From contig CANHON010000002.1 in NCBI GenBank assembly GCA_947462115.1, positions 1 through 40,603 on the forward strand: a stretch of 40,603 nucleotides of DNA. Reading direction: 5' to 3'. A program made the translations under genes and the position numbers. The notes beneath the pieces are model-generated. The model had not been told where the DNA came from and ran no database searches. It saw nothing but the letters and a program-made list of their open reading frames with translations. This document shows, piece after piece, positions 7,716 through 15,962 of the stretch; position 1 is the first letter of the stretch; each line of letters begins with the position of its first letter. Source of the stretch: Deltaproteobacteria bacterium. GTDB taxonomy: Bacteria; Myxococcota_A; UBA796; UBA2385.

Positions 7716-9041
7716 ATGCCCCCGCCCGACCTCGACCGCCTCGCCCGCCAGCTCCGGCAGGGGCCCCGCCCGGGGCGGGAGCTCCAGGCCCTGCTGGGCA
7801 TCAGCGAGCACGCGCTCGGCCGGCTGCTGCGGGGCCACCCCGAGCGCTTTGTGCGGCTGGGCGCTCGCAAAACATCGACCTATGCGCTGGTTCGGACGAT
7901 CCAAGGGGTCGCGAGCCCCGTGCCGGTCTTCGCTTGGGGGCCGACGGCGGCGGCGCCCGTGGCGCCCCTGCTGCAGCTCGTGCCGATCGAGCCCGGGGGC
8001 TTCGCGGTGCTCCCAGCCGGGGGCGGGCCGGCCACGCGCACCGCCGACCTGCCGTGGTTCCTCCAAGACCTGCGCCCTCAGGGATTTTTGGGGCGAAAGG
8101 TCCCTCGGGTCCTTGGCGGCGATCGCTTCCCCGCAGACATCCGAGCGTGGGGCGCTGACGACGTGCTGCGCTACCTGTGCATCGCTGGCCGGAGCACAGC
8201 TGGGGCCTTGGTCGTCGGTGAGGCCATGTGCATCGCGGCTGCAGCGCATGCTCACCAAGTGCCGCGCGCAACCAGCGAAGGGTCGCTGATCGACATCCTC
8301 GCTGAGCAGGTCGCGGCGGGCGTCGATGATCCGCCGCCGGGGAGCTCCGCGGCTGGGGAGCAGCCCAAGGCCCTGGCGGCGCTCGTTGACGAAAATGGCG
8401 TACACGAGCTGATCGTGAAGTACTCGCCGCCCGTGCTCGACCCCATTGGCCGGCGGGTGGCCGACTTGCTCGTCGCCGAGCACCTCGCCAGCGAGGTCAT
8501 CCACGACCACTGGCCGGGCTGGGCGGCGCGCTCGACGGTGCAGCTCGCGCAGGGGCGGGCCTGGCTGCTGTCGCGCCGCTTCGACCGCAGCCCCGCGGGC
8601 GGGCGCCGCGGCTGCGTGTCCTTGGCCGCGGTCGACGCGGAGCTCTGCGATCACCCGCCGGGCGCGCCGGCGCGCTGGTCGAGCACCGCGCGGGCGCTCG
8701 GCGCGGCGGGGCGGCTCGACGACGCGGCGGTCGCGCGCGTGTGCCGGCTCGAGGCCTTCGGGCACGGCATCGGCAACACCGACATGCACCTCGGCAACCT
8801 CTGCCTGGGCCTCTCTGGCGTTGAGATGGACGGCGTGATGCCCATCTACGACATGCTGCCGATGGCGTGGATGCCCCAGAACGAGCTGCGGCCCATCGGG
8901 CGCCTGCGGCCCGCGCCCGACGACCTCGCGGCCGAGGTGGCGGCGGTGGCGCCGGCGGTGGCCGACTTCTGGGCGCGGCTCGAGGCGGACCCGAGGGCCT
9001 CGCCGGGCTTTCGCGCGGCGCTGGCGGAGCGGGCGCGTTGA
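7716..9041 (+). CDS. HipA-family serine/threonine kinase toxin homologue with fused N-terminal HTH-like domain (YjjJ/HipH-like architecture)
   Basis: HipA motifs are present in order: P-loop-like SSAAGEQPK, catalytic GNTDMHLGN and Mg-binding PIYDMLP. The N-terminal ~60 aa (RELQALLGISEHALGRLLRGHPERFVRLGARKTSTYAL) looks like a winged HTH. I chose the ATG at 7716 rather than the track start at 7605, because the first 37 aa lie in the AT-rich island and look non-coding. Confidence 0.85.
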   Translation: MPPPDLDRLARQLRQGPRPGRELQALLGISEHALGRLLRGHPERFVRLGARKTSTYALVRTIQGVASPVPVFAWGPTAAAPVAPLLQLVPIEPGGFAVLPAGGGPATRTADLPWFLQDLRPQGFLGRKVPRVLGGDRFPADIRAWGADDVLRYLCIAGRSTAGALVVGEAMCIAAAAHAHQVPRATSEGSLIDILAEQVAAGVDDPPPGSSAAGEQPKALAALVDENGVHELIVKYSPPVLDPIGRRVADLLVAEHLASEVIHDHWPGWAARSTVQLAQGRAWLLSRRFDRSPAGGRRGCVSLAAVDAELCDHPPGAPARWSSTARALGAAGRLDDAAVARVCRLEAFGHGIGNTDMHLGNLCLGLSGVEMDGVMPIYDMLPMAWMPQNELRPIGRLRPAPDDLAAEVAAVAPAVADFWARLEADPRASPGFRAALAERAR

Positions 9042-9200
9042 ACATCGTGGTGGAGGGCTTGTTCGCATGGCGCGCGCCAGGCCGACCGGCGCGCGGCCGC
9101 AGGCCGGTCGCGGCCGCGACCGAGCGCGGAGCGCGAGCGCGGAGGGGGGCCGCCGCCGGCCGGAGGGCGGCGGGGCGCCCGGTGGTGGATCGGTCCCGGT

Positions 9201-10136
9201 TCAGACGGAGGGCGCCGCCCAACCCTGCGTCAGGGCCGCCGCCCGCAGCACCGCCGCGACCGGGGCGCCGGCCTGGCCCGTGAGCGCGCCAAGGTGGGGC
9301 GAGGCGCTGGCGAGCAGGCCCCGCTCGGCCGCCATGTCGAAGGCGGCGAGCAGCTCGGCGAGGGGCCGCGGCAGACCGGCCTGCTGCACGAGGCCCTCGA
9401 CGAGCGCCTCGGCCGGCACCGCCACGTGCTGGACCGGCCGACCGCTGAGCTGGGCGATGAGGGCCGCGAGCGAAGCGTCGGAGATGGCCTCCGGGCCGGT
9501 GATGTCGAGCACGCGGGCGCCGGAGAAGCCGTCCACCAAGGCCGCCGCCGCCGCCCGGGCGCAGTCCTCGCGGGAGACCCACGCGACCCGGCCGGCCCCG
9601 CGCGCGGTCACGAGCTGGCCCGAGGCGGCGGCGCCGGCGGCGGCGCCCACCAAAAGTTCGGCATAGAGGCTGTTTCGGAGAATGGTGTGGCTGGGGAAGG
9701 CCGCGCGGATGGCCGCCTCCGTGACGAGGTGATCGGGCCCCACCGGCATCTCCGGCGCCGCCACCGAGACCACCGAGGTGTAGACGAGGTGCGCGAGGCC
9801 CGCCTCGGCGGCGGCCAGCACGGCGGCGCGCTGGGCCTCGGCGCGGGCGCCCACGGCGTCGGTGCTGATGAAGATGGCCCGCTCGACGCCATGGACAGCG
9901 TCGGCGACGCTCCGAGGGTCGTCGAAGTCGATGCGCCGCAGCGCCGCCCCGCGGGCGCCCAGCGCGGCGAGGCGCTCGGGGTGGCGGCTGGCGGCGATGA
10001 CCGCGTGGCCTTGATCGCGCAGCAGCTCGACGACGCGGCGGCCGAGCTGACCGCCGGCCCCCGACACGAGGACCGGGGCAGCGGCGACTGAGGCGTGGGG
10101 ATCGGCGTGGGGATCGGCGTGGGGATGCGGGGACAT
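9201..10136 (-). CDS. NmrA-like / SDR-family NAD(P)H-binding oxidoreductase (YtfG/QorB-like)
   Basis: Rossmann motif VLVSGAGGQLGRRVVELL and NmrA-like overall layout. I chose the ATG at 10136 (MSPHPHADPH...), which has GGAG upstream, over the track start at 10190. Confidence 0.75.
   Translation of the reverse strand: MSPHPHADPHADPHASVAAAPVLVSGAGGQLGRRVVELLRDQGHAVIAASRHPERLAALGARGAALRRIDFDDPRSVADAVHGVERAIFISTDAVGARAEAQRAAVLAAAEAGLAHLVYTSVVSVAAPEMPVGPDHLVTEAAIRAAFPSHTILRNSLYAELLVGAAAGAAASGQLVTARGAGRVAWVSREDCARAAAAALVDGFSGARVLDITGPEAISDASLAALIAQLSGRPVQHVAVPAEALVEGLVQQAGLPRPLAELLAAFDMAAERGLLASASPHLGALTGQAGAPVAAVLRAAALTQGWAAPSV
10092..10127 (-). repeat. in-frame 12-nt tandem repeat x3 (encodes HADP-HADP-HA at the N-terminus of the NmrA-like protein)
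   Basis: ggcgtggggatc occurs at 10092-10103 and 10104-10115, with a near copy at 10116-10127. Confidence 0.9.
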
Positions 10137-10240
10137 GGAGGCTCCGGGGGACCGAGGCGGGATCGCCGCTCCCTCTGTAGCGCCGCCCATCTCAGGTACA
10201 ATGAAGCACGAGCGGCCGACACTGTTCTATGGATGGAACA

Positions 10241-11077
10241 ATGAACCTGGATGACCTCCGCCTGTTCGCCGCGGTGGCCGAGCTCTGCAGCTTCTCGGCC
10301 GCGGCCGAGCGCACCGGGGTGCCGCGCTCCACGCTCACCCGCGTGGTGCAGCGCCTCGAGGTCGACGCCGGGGCGCCTCTTTTGCACCGGAGCACCCGCC
10401 GGGTGAGCCCCACCGCCGCCGGCGCCGCCCTGCTCGCCGAGGTGCAGGCGCCCCTGGCCGCGCTGCGCGAAGCGGCCGTGTCCATGCGGGAGCGCTCGGG
10501 CGAGCCGGCGGGCCTGCTGCGCTTCACCACCACCACCGACATCGCCACGACGCTGCTGGCGCCGGTGCTCACGGCGCTCACGGCGCGCCACCCGCGGCTG
10601 CGGGTCGAGGCGCTCCTCACCCTGCGGCCCGTCGACTTGATCGGCGAGCAGGTCGATGTGGCGCTGCGGGTCTACACCGCGCCGCCCACCGACGCCGCGC
10701 TCGTGGGCCGCCGCCTGCGGGACCTCAACTTCGGCTGGTATGCCGCGCCCGACTACCTCCGCCGCCGCAGGGCGCCGGCCTCGATCGAGGAGCTCGCCGA
10801 GCACACCCTCGTATCAACGCCCGCTTTAGACCGCGGGGCGCGCCTCGTCGTCGACGATCCGGGCTTCGTGGGCGCGCTGGTGCGGGCGGGCGCCGGGGTC
10901 GGCCTGCTCCCCTGCGAGGCCTGCGCGGCCGAGGAGCGGAGCGGCGCGCTGGTGCGGTTGATGCCCGAGCGCTCGGTGCTGCGGGGCCAGCTCTGGCTGG
11001 TGTACCCAACGGGCGGCCTGTCCCCCAAGGTGGCGGCTTTTCGGGAGCTGGTGGTGGAGCAGCTCTGCGCCGACTGA
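10241..11077 (+). CDS. LysR-family transcriptional regulator
   Basis: N-terminal LysR HTH (MNLDDLRLFAAVAELCSFSAAAERTGVPRSTLTRVVQRLE) followed by a substrate-binding domain. Divergent from the NmrA-like gene, which is the classic LysR arrangement. An alternative start lies at 10229. Confidence 0.9.
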   Translation: MNLDDLRLFAAVAELCSFSAAAERTGVPRSTLTRVVQRLEVDAGAPLLHRSTRRVSPTAAGAALLAEVQAPLAALREAAVSMRERSGEPAGLLRFTTTTDIATTLLAPVLTALTARHPRLRVEALLTLRPVDLIGEQVDVALRVYTAPPTDAALVGRRLRDLNFGWYAAPDYLRRRRAPASIEELAEHTLVSTPALDRGARLVVDDPGFVGALVRAGAGVGLLPCEACAAEERSGALVRLMPERSVLRGQLWLVYPTGGLSPKVAAFRELVVEQLCAD

Positions 11078-11141
11078 GCCGGCGCACCGCGGCCCGAGCC
11101 CTGGGATAGCTGGGGCGGCCCCTCGCCCGCCGGAGCCGCCC

Positions 11142-12077
11142 GTGATCCTTCAGATCGTCGCAGTCATCGCTGGCGTCGCCATGCTCGTCTTCGGCGGCGA
11201 CCTGCTGGTGCGCGGCGCGGTCGGCATCGCCGCCCGGCTGCGCATGCCGCCCTCGCTGATCGGCCTGACCATCGTGGCCATGGGCACCTCGATGCCCGAG
11301 CTGGTGGTGAGCCTCGGGGCCGCGGTCCAGGGTCAGCCGGACCTCAGCATCGGAAACGTCGTCGGCTCCAACATCTACAACGTGGGCCTCATCCTCGGCC
11401 TCACCGCGCTCATCCGCCGGCTGACCTGCGACCTCGCCGAGGTGCGGCACGACGGCGCGTGGATGATCGGCGCCTCGGCGCTGTTCACCGGCCTCGCCTG
11501 GGACGGTCAGCTCGGCCGCCTCGATGGGCTGCTGATGCTCGGGGCGATGGCGGCCTTCCTCGGGTCGGCCATCCGGCGCAGCTACCGCGCCAAAACGGCC
11601 GCGGCCGAGCCCGCGCCCGACGCCCCGGCCTTGATGGGCTGGCCCTCCGCGGTGGGCTTCGTGATCGGCGGCCTGCTGCTGCTGATGGGCGGCGCGCAGG
11701 CGCTGATCTTCGGGGCGACGGCCCTGGCCACGGCCCTCGGCGTGCCCGAGATGATCATCGGGCTCACGGTGGTCGCCATCGGCACCTCGCTGCCGGAGCT
11801 GTTCGCCAGCGTGATGGCGGCGGTGCGCGGCGAGTCCGGCATCGCCATCAGCAACATCGTCGGCAGCAACGTCTTCAACATCTTGTTCATCCTGGGCACC
11901 ACCAGCGCCATCAGCCCGATCCGAGTCAACCCGCAGGTCATGGGCAGCGATGTCTGGTGGATGCTCGGCTTCGCGGTCCTGCTGGTGCTCTGGGCCGGGC
12001 GCGCCCTGCCGCTCGGCCGGCCCTTCGCCGCGGTGATGTTGGCCTTGGCGGCGGCTTACACGGCGACCTTGGTCTGA
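11142..12077 (+). CDS. CaCA-family cation/calcium antiporter (YrbG-like)
   Basis: Two alpha-repeats are present (GTSMPELVVS...GNVVGSNIYNV and GTSLPELFAS...SNIVGSNVFNI), with about 10 hydrophobic helices. The GTG start at 11142 has GGAG 6 nt upstream. Confidence 0.85.
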   Translation: MILQIVAVIAGVAMLVFGGDLLVRGAVGIAARLRMPPSLIGLTIVAMGTSMPELVVSLGAAVQGQPDLSIGNVVGSNIYNVGLILGLTALIRRLTCDLAEVRHDGAWMIGASALFTGLAWDGQLGRLDGLLMLGAMAAFLGSAIRRSYRAKTAAAEPAPDAPALMGWPSAVGFVIGGLLLLMGGAQALIFGATALATALGVPEMIIGLTVVAIGTSLPELFASVMAAVRGESGIAISNIVGSNVFNILFILGTTSAISPIRVNPQVMGSDVWWMLGFAVLLVLWAGRALPLGRPFAAVMLALAAAYTATLV

Positions 12078-12220
12078 GGCGCCGCTTGAGGGGCCCGGGC
12101 CCCCCCCTCGCCGGCCGCGGGCGCCGGTCTCGGCCCCTTGTGCGAGGATGAACGCGCGGTGACGCTGCGCCGCACCGCCGGTGTTGAGCCGGCGCGAATG
12201 CACCCCCGCCGGGAGCGCCG

Positions 12221-13744
12221 ATGCCCCCCTTGGTCCAGCTCCAGCCCCTCGGGGAGCCGCGGTCGCGGCTCGGCGCCGCGCTCGTCGAGGCGGTCCTGAT
12301 CGTCGTGATTGGCCTGCTCGGCGTGCTCCTCGGCGCGCCCGCGGCCCACGCACAGCCGCCCGGGCCCGAGACCTTCTGCGGGGTCTACCCAGACGCCCCG
12401 GCCTGCGCGGGCGGGGCGCCCCCCTGTGAGACCTGCCACGAGACCCCGCCGGCCCTCAACCGCTACGGCGAGCAGGTCGGTGAGGCGCTCCTGCCCGGCA
12501 TGGCCCGCCCCCTGTCGGCCGCGGACTTCACCACCGGCCTGCCCCTCGCGCTCGCGGCGGTCGAGGGCCTCGACGCCGATGACGACGGCTGGGCCAACCT
12601 CGAAGAGCTGCTCGCCGGCAGCAGCCCCGCGGACGCCGGCGACCAGCCCGCCGACGAGGCCTGCGTGGACGAGGACGAGGACGGCTGGGACCTCTGCGGC
12701 TACGACCTCGACTATGCCTACAAGAAGGTCATGCTCGACTTCTGCGGCCGCTCGCCGAGCTGGGTGGAGCGGGCCGAGTTCAACCTGCGCGGAGGCGCCC
12801 GCCCCGCCGCGCTGCACCGGGCCCTGGACGCCTGCCTGGACAGCGAGCACTGGCTGGGCATCGAGGGGCGGGTGTGGAACCTCGCCAACAGCAAGATCGG
12901 GCCCCAGCTCGCGGTCAAGTCCGGCAACCCCGTGGGGCCCATCCCGCTCGCCGACTATGACGACGACTACGCTTATTTCGTGTGGACCCAGACCGACGGC
13001 CGAGACGCCCGCCTCGTGCTCACCGGCCAGACCTTCGCCCGGGCGCGGGTGGTGGACGGCCACACGGTCTACGAGGAGTGGGACCGAGCGCCGCGCGAAG
13101 ATCTGGAGCTGCGCGGCGGGGACCGCTACCAGGCGGTGGAGAAGGAGCGCCGGGCCGGGCTGCTCACCCACCGGTGGTTCATCATGTCCAACACGATGTT
13201 CACGTCGATCCCGCGGACGACGGCCGCCCAGGCCTACCGGGCCTTCCTCGGCTACGACATCGCCAAGCTCGAGGGCCTGTGGCCAGTGGCCGGCGAGCCC
13301 GCCGACTTCGACAGCAAGGGCGTCGCGGCCGAGGCCTGCGCGGGCTGCCACGCCACCCTCGACCCGCTGACCTACCCCTTCACCCGCTACGAGGGCATCG
13401 GCGGGGGCGGCGCCTTCTCCACGCCCTACAGCTACGCGCCCAACCGCCTCAACGCCTTCGCGGACGAGGACGGCGAGCGGGTCAAGGAGGCGCCCGAGGC
13501 CGGGGTGCTGTTTGGGCAGCCGGTCGCCGACCTGCTGGAGTGGGCGCAGGTGGCGGCCAACAGCGAGGCCTTCCGCCGCGCGACGGTGCGCGACTACTGG
13601 CGCCTGCTGCTCGGAGAGGCCCCCCGGCCGAGCGAAGAGGCGGAGTTTAGCGCGCTGGTCAACGACTTCGGCGGGGTCCACGGCTACAGCGTCGAGCGCA
13701 TGCTCCACGACCTCATCGACACGGAGGCCTACGGTGCGCCCTGA
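12221..13744 (+). CDS. secreted DUF1588/PSD-like protein with two CxxCH motifs (cytochrome-c-type) and an EF-hand-like DxDxDG loop
   Basis: Signal/anchor segment LVEAVLIVVIGLLGVLLGAPAAHA. CETCH near the N-terminus and CAGCHATLDP later, which is the C..CH...DP pattern typical of the planctomycete-type DUF1588 family. Also a DADDDGWANLEE loop. Confidence 0.65.
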   Translation: MPPLVQLQPLGEPRSRLGAALVEAVLIVVIGLLGVLLGAPAAHAQPPGPETFCGVYPDAPACAGGAPPCETCHETPPALNRYGEQVGEALLPGMARPLSAADFTTGLPLALAAVEGLDADDDGWANLEELLAGSSPADAGDQPADEACVDEDEDGWDLCGYDLDYAYKKVMLDFCGRSPSWVERAEFNLRGGARPAALHRALDACLDSEHWLGIEGRVWNLANSKIGPQLAVKSGNPVGPIPLADYDDDYAYFVWTQTDGRDARLVLTGQTFARARVVDGHTVYEEWDRAPREDLELRGGDRYQAVEKERRAGLLTHRWFIMSNTMFTSIPRTTAAQAYRAFLGYDIAKLEGLWPVAGEPADFDSKGVAAEACAGCHATLDPLTYPFTRYEGIGGGGAFSTPYSYAPNRLNAFADEDGERVKEAPEAGVLFGQPVADLLEWAQVAANSEAFRRATVRDYWRLLLGEAPRPSEEAEFSALVNDFGGVHGYSVERMLHDLIDTEAYGAP

Positions 13745-14363
13745 ACCCCTGCGTCCCTCCCGGCCCGCGCCCCTCGGCCCCCGCGCGCCCCGCCTCCGCC
13801 GCGCCGCGTGGGCGGGCCTCTGCCTGCTCGCCGCGGGCTGCGCGGCGGGTCCGCGCACCACCAGCCGGATCAACCGGGTGCAGGCTCGCTCTGGCGAGGT
13901 GTGGGCCCGCGACCTCGGCAACGCCTTGGGCCTGCAGCCCTGGGAGCTCTGCGCCGAGCTCGGCACCCGGGACTGCGTGGAGGAGGCCCACCGCGTCACC
14001 CTGGGCGGCGTGGAGCCCGCCGAGCTCGGCATCGACGCGCCCCTGCCCGAGCCGAGCGTCAGCGCGCCGATGGCGGCCGACCGCGTGGCCATCTCGGCCT
14101 GCGGCGAGCGCTTCGCCCGCGACAAGGCCGGCCCTGCGCTGCTGTTCGGGCCGGTGCTAGAGCGCGACAGCCGCCGCCGCCGCGCGGAGGTCAGCGAGGC
14201 GCTGGTGCTACGGGTGCTCGGCAGACCGGCCCAGCCGGCCGAGCTCGACGCGCTCGAGGCCCTGTACGACGACATCAAGGACAAGGTCGACGACCCGGTG
14301 CGCTCCTGGGCGGTCGGCGCTTGTGTGGTGGTCACGACCTCGACCGAGGCGCTGTTCTACTGA
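13734..14363 (+). CDS. hypothetical lipoprotein (DUF1592/1595-like flavour)
   Basis: The GTG at 13734 is preceded by GGAGG (13724-13728) and overlaps the upstream stop by 11 nt. Lipobox LLAAGC. The track ORF start at 13512 overlaps the upstream gene. Confidence 0.6.
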   Translation: MRPEPLRPSRPAPLGPRAPRLRRAAWAGLCLLAAGCAAGPRTTSRINRVQARSGEVWARDLGNALGLQPWELCAELGTRDCVEEAHRVTLGGVEPAELGIDAPLPEPSVSAPMAADRVAISACGERFARDKAGPALLFGPVLERDSRRRRAEVSEALVLRVLGRPAQPAELDALEALYDDIKDKVDDPVRSWAVGACVVVTTSTEALFY

Positions 14364-14396
14364 GCCGCCGCCGCAGCGCTGTCCCCCTCTCGCCCT

Positions 14397-14442
14397 CGCC
14401 TTCACCGTCTTCTTCACGCCCACGCCTTCACCGTCTTCTTCA
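14397..14442 (+). repeat. perfect 20-nt direct repeat (cgccttcaccgtcttcttca) x2 separated by 6 nt, immediately upstream of the DUF1501-like gene
   Basis: Copies lie at 14397-14416 and 14423-14442 and are locally GC-poor. The repeat sits in the 80-100 nt gap between the lipoprotein gene and the Tat-signal gene. Confidence 0.9.
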
Positions 14443-14462
14443 AGATGGTCCGGAGCCCGCCG

Positions 14463-15959
14463 ATGCGAAGCCGCCGCGCCCTGCTCCAGCAGCTCTCCGC
14501 CTTCGCTGGCGTGGGCCTGGCTTCGAGCCTGCTCAACCCCAAGGCCCTCGCCAAGGGCGCCCAAGACCCGCGCTTCCTCATCGTGCTCTGCGCCACCGGC
14601 GGCGGGTCGATCATCGACGGGCCGCTGGCGGTCAAGCGCAGCGAGTCCGCCACGCCAGACGTGCTGAACACCTTCCCTGACGATGTTGTCAAGGAGTGGC
14701 AAGGCAGCCCCTTCCGGGCGGCAGACCTGTCGATGGACAGCATCGGGGCCATCCCGGCGCCCTTCTCGACGCGGCCCTCGGCGGTGCTGGAGCGCCACCG
14801 GGCCGAGCTGATGGTGGCCACCCTGACCGGGACCAGCGTCAACCACCAGATCGCCGAGCGCCGGTCGATCACCGGCAACGAGGCCTTCCGGGGCCGCACC
14901 CTCCAGGAGCTCGTGGCTTGGCAGTATGGCGCCGAGGTGCCCATCCCCAACGTGCACCTGCTCACCGGCACCGGCTTCAACGACAGCGGCACCGACGCCA
15001 CGGTGCCGGCCTGGGCCCGCCGGCAAGTGGTGGCGGACCCGGCCATCTGGCCGCTGTCGCTGCACGGCACGAAGGGGCTGGAGCGCGGGCTCCCGGCCGA
15101 TGTGCTCCACAGCGTTCGGAAGATCCGCGAGCAGCAGTTTGAGCCGGCCACCCGCTTCGCCCAGATCTATGGAGAGTCGCCGCGGCTGGCCGAGTGGGCG
15201 CGGCTGCGCGGGGCGCCCCAGGACCGCATCGAGGCCATGGGCCTCATCGAGAAGCTGATGGTGTCGGAGGAGAGCCCGGAGCTCCCCCTCTCCAAGTTCG
15301 GCCTCCGAAGCAGCGGTTCGGCCGCCGCCGCCCGTGCCGCCTTCCCCAACACCGCCACCGACCGCCTGCACGCCCAGGCCGCCCTGGCCTTCTTGCTGCT
15401 CAAGCACGGCGTCTCGGTCTCGGTCACCCTGGGCCCCGACTTCGGCTTCAGCTACGCGCCGGGGGTCAGCGAGGGCGCCGGCTTGCCGCCCGACAGCGTG
15501 CTCAACCCGCCGCTCGGCTTTGACTTCTCGCACCAAGCCCACCGCGCCGGCCAGGCGGTGGTCTGGTCGCGCATCTACGCCGTGGTGGACGGCCTCATCG
15601 GCTTGCTCAAGGCCGAGCCCTTCGCCGGCGGCGGCAGCATGTGGGACCGCACCCTCATCTACGTGGCCACCGAGTTCGGCCGGACCAAAACCCGCCCCGC
15701 GGGGGCCGAGGACTGGGGCACCGGCCACGACCTCAACAACGGCGTGGCGGTCTTCTCCCCCTTGGTGCCCGGCGACACGCTGCGCGGCGGCGTCGATCCC
15801 GACACCTGCCTCACCTACGGCTTCGACCCCGAGACCGGGGACCCGGACCCGAGCCGCAGCACGGCCGAGGCCGAGGTGTTCAGCGGCCTGCTCGGGGCGC
15901 TCGGCGTCGATCGCGAGGACAGCGGCCTGCCCGACGTCCCCGCCCTGCGGAGGGCCTGA
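14463..15959 (+). CDS. Tat-exported DUF1501-like (sulfatase-fold-like) protein
   Basis: Twin-arginine motif MRSRRALLQQLSAFAGVGLA. The C-terminal GTGHDLNNG block resembles DUF1501. GGAG lies 7 nt before the ATG at 14463; an alternative ATG lies at 14445. Confidence 0.65.
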   Translation: MRSRRALLQQLSAFAGVGLASSLLNPKALAKGAQDPRFLIVLCATGGGSIIDGPLAVKRSESATPDVLNTFPDDVVKEWQGSPFRAADLSMDSIGAIPAPFSTRPSAVLERHRAELMVATLTGTSVNHQIAERRSITGNEAFRGRTLQELVAWQYGAEVPIPNVHLLTGTGFNDSGTDATVPAWARRQVVADPAIWPLSLHGTKGLERGLPADVLHSVRKIREQQFEPATRFAQIYGESPRLAEWARLRGAPQDRIEAMGLIEKLMVSEESPELPLSKFGLRSSGSAAAARAAFPNTATDRLHAQAALAFLLLKHGVSVSVTLGPDFGFSYAPGVSEGAGLPPDSVLNPPLGFDFSHQAHRAGQAVVWSRIYAVVDGLIGLLKAEPFAGGGSMWDRTLIYVATEFGRTKTRPAGAEDWGTGHDLNNGVAVFSPLVPGDTLRGGVDPDTCLTYGFDPETGDPDPSRSTAEAEVFSGLLGALGVDREDSGLPDVPALRRA

Positions 15960-15962
15960 GCC

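Noticed and set aside
9075-9120. GC-rich imperfect hairpin (GACCGGC-N12-GCCGGTC with a NotI-like loop) between the convergent HipA-like and NmrA-like genes, as a possible bidirectional terminator
   Set aside because: The stem is imperfect, there is no U-tract on either strand, and such palindromes are frequent at this GC content. It is not reported as a feature.
12083-12100. Perfect 14-nt palindrome GGGGCCCGGGCCCC just after the antiporter stop
   Set aside because: It would form only a 5-bp stem with a 4-nt loop and has no U-tract. It is likely chance or a restriction-site-like palindrome.
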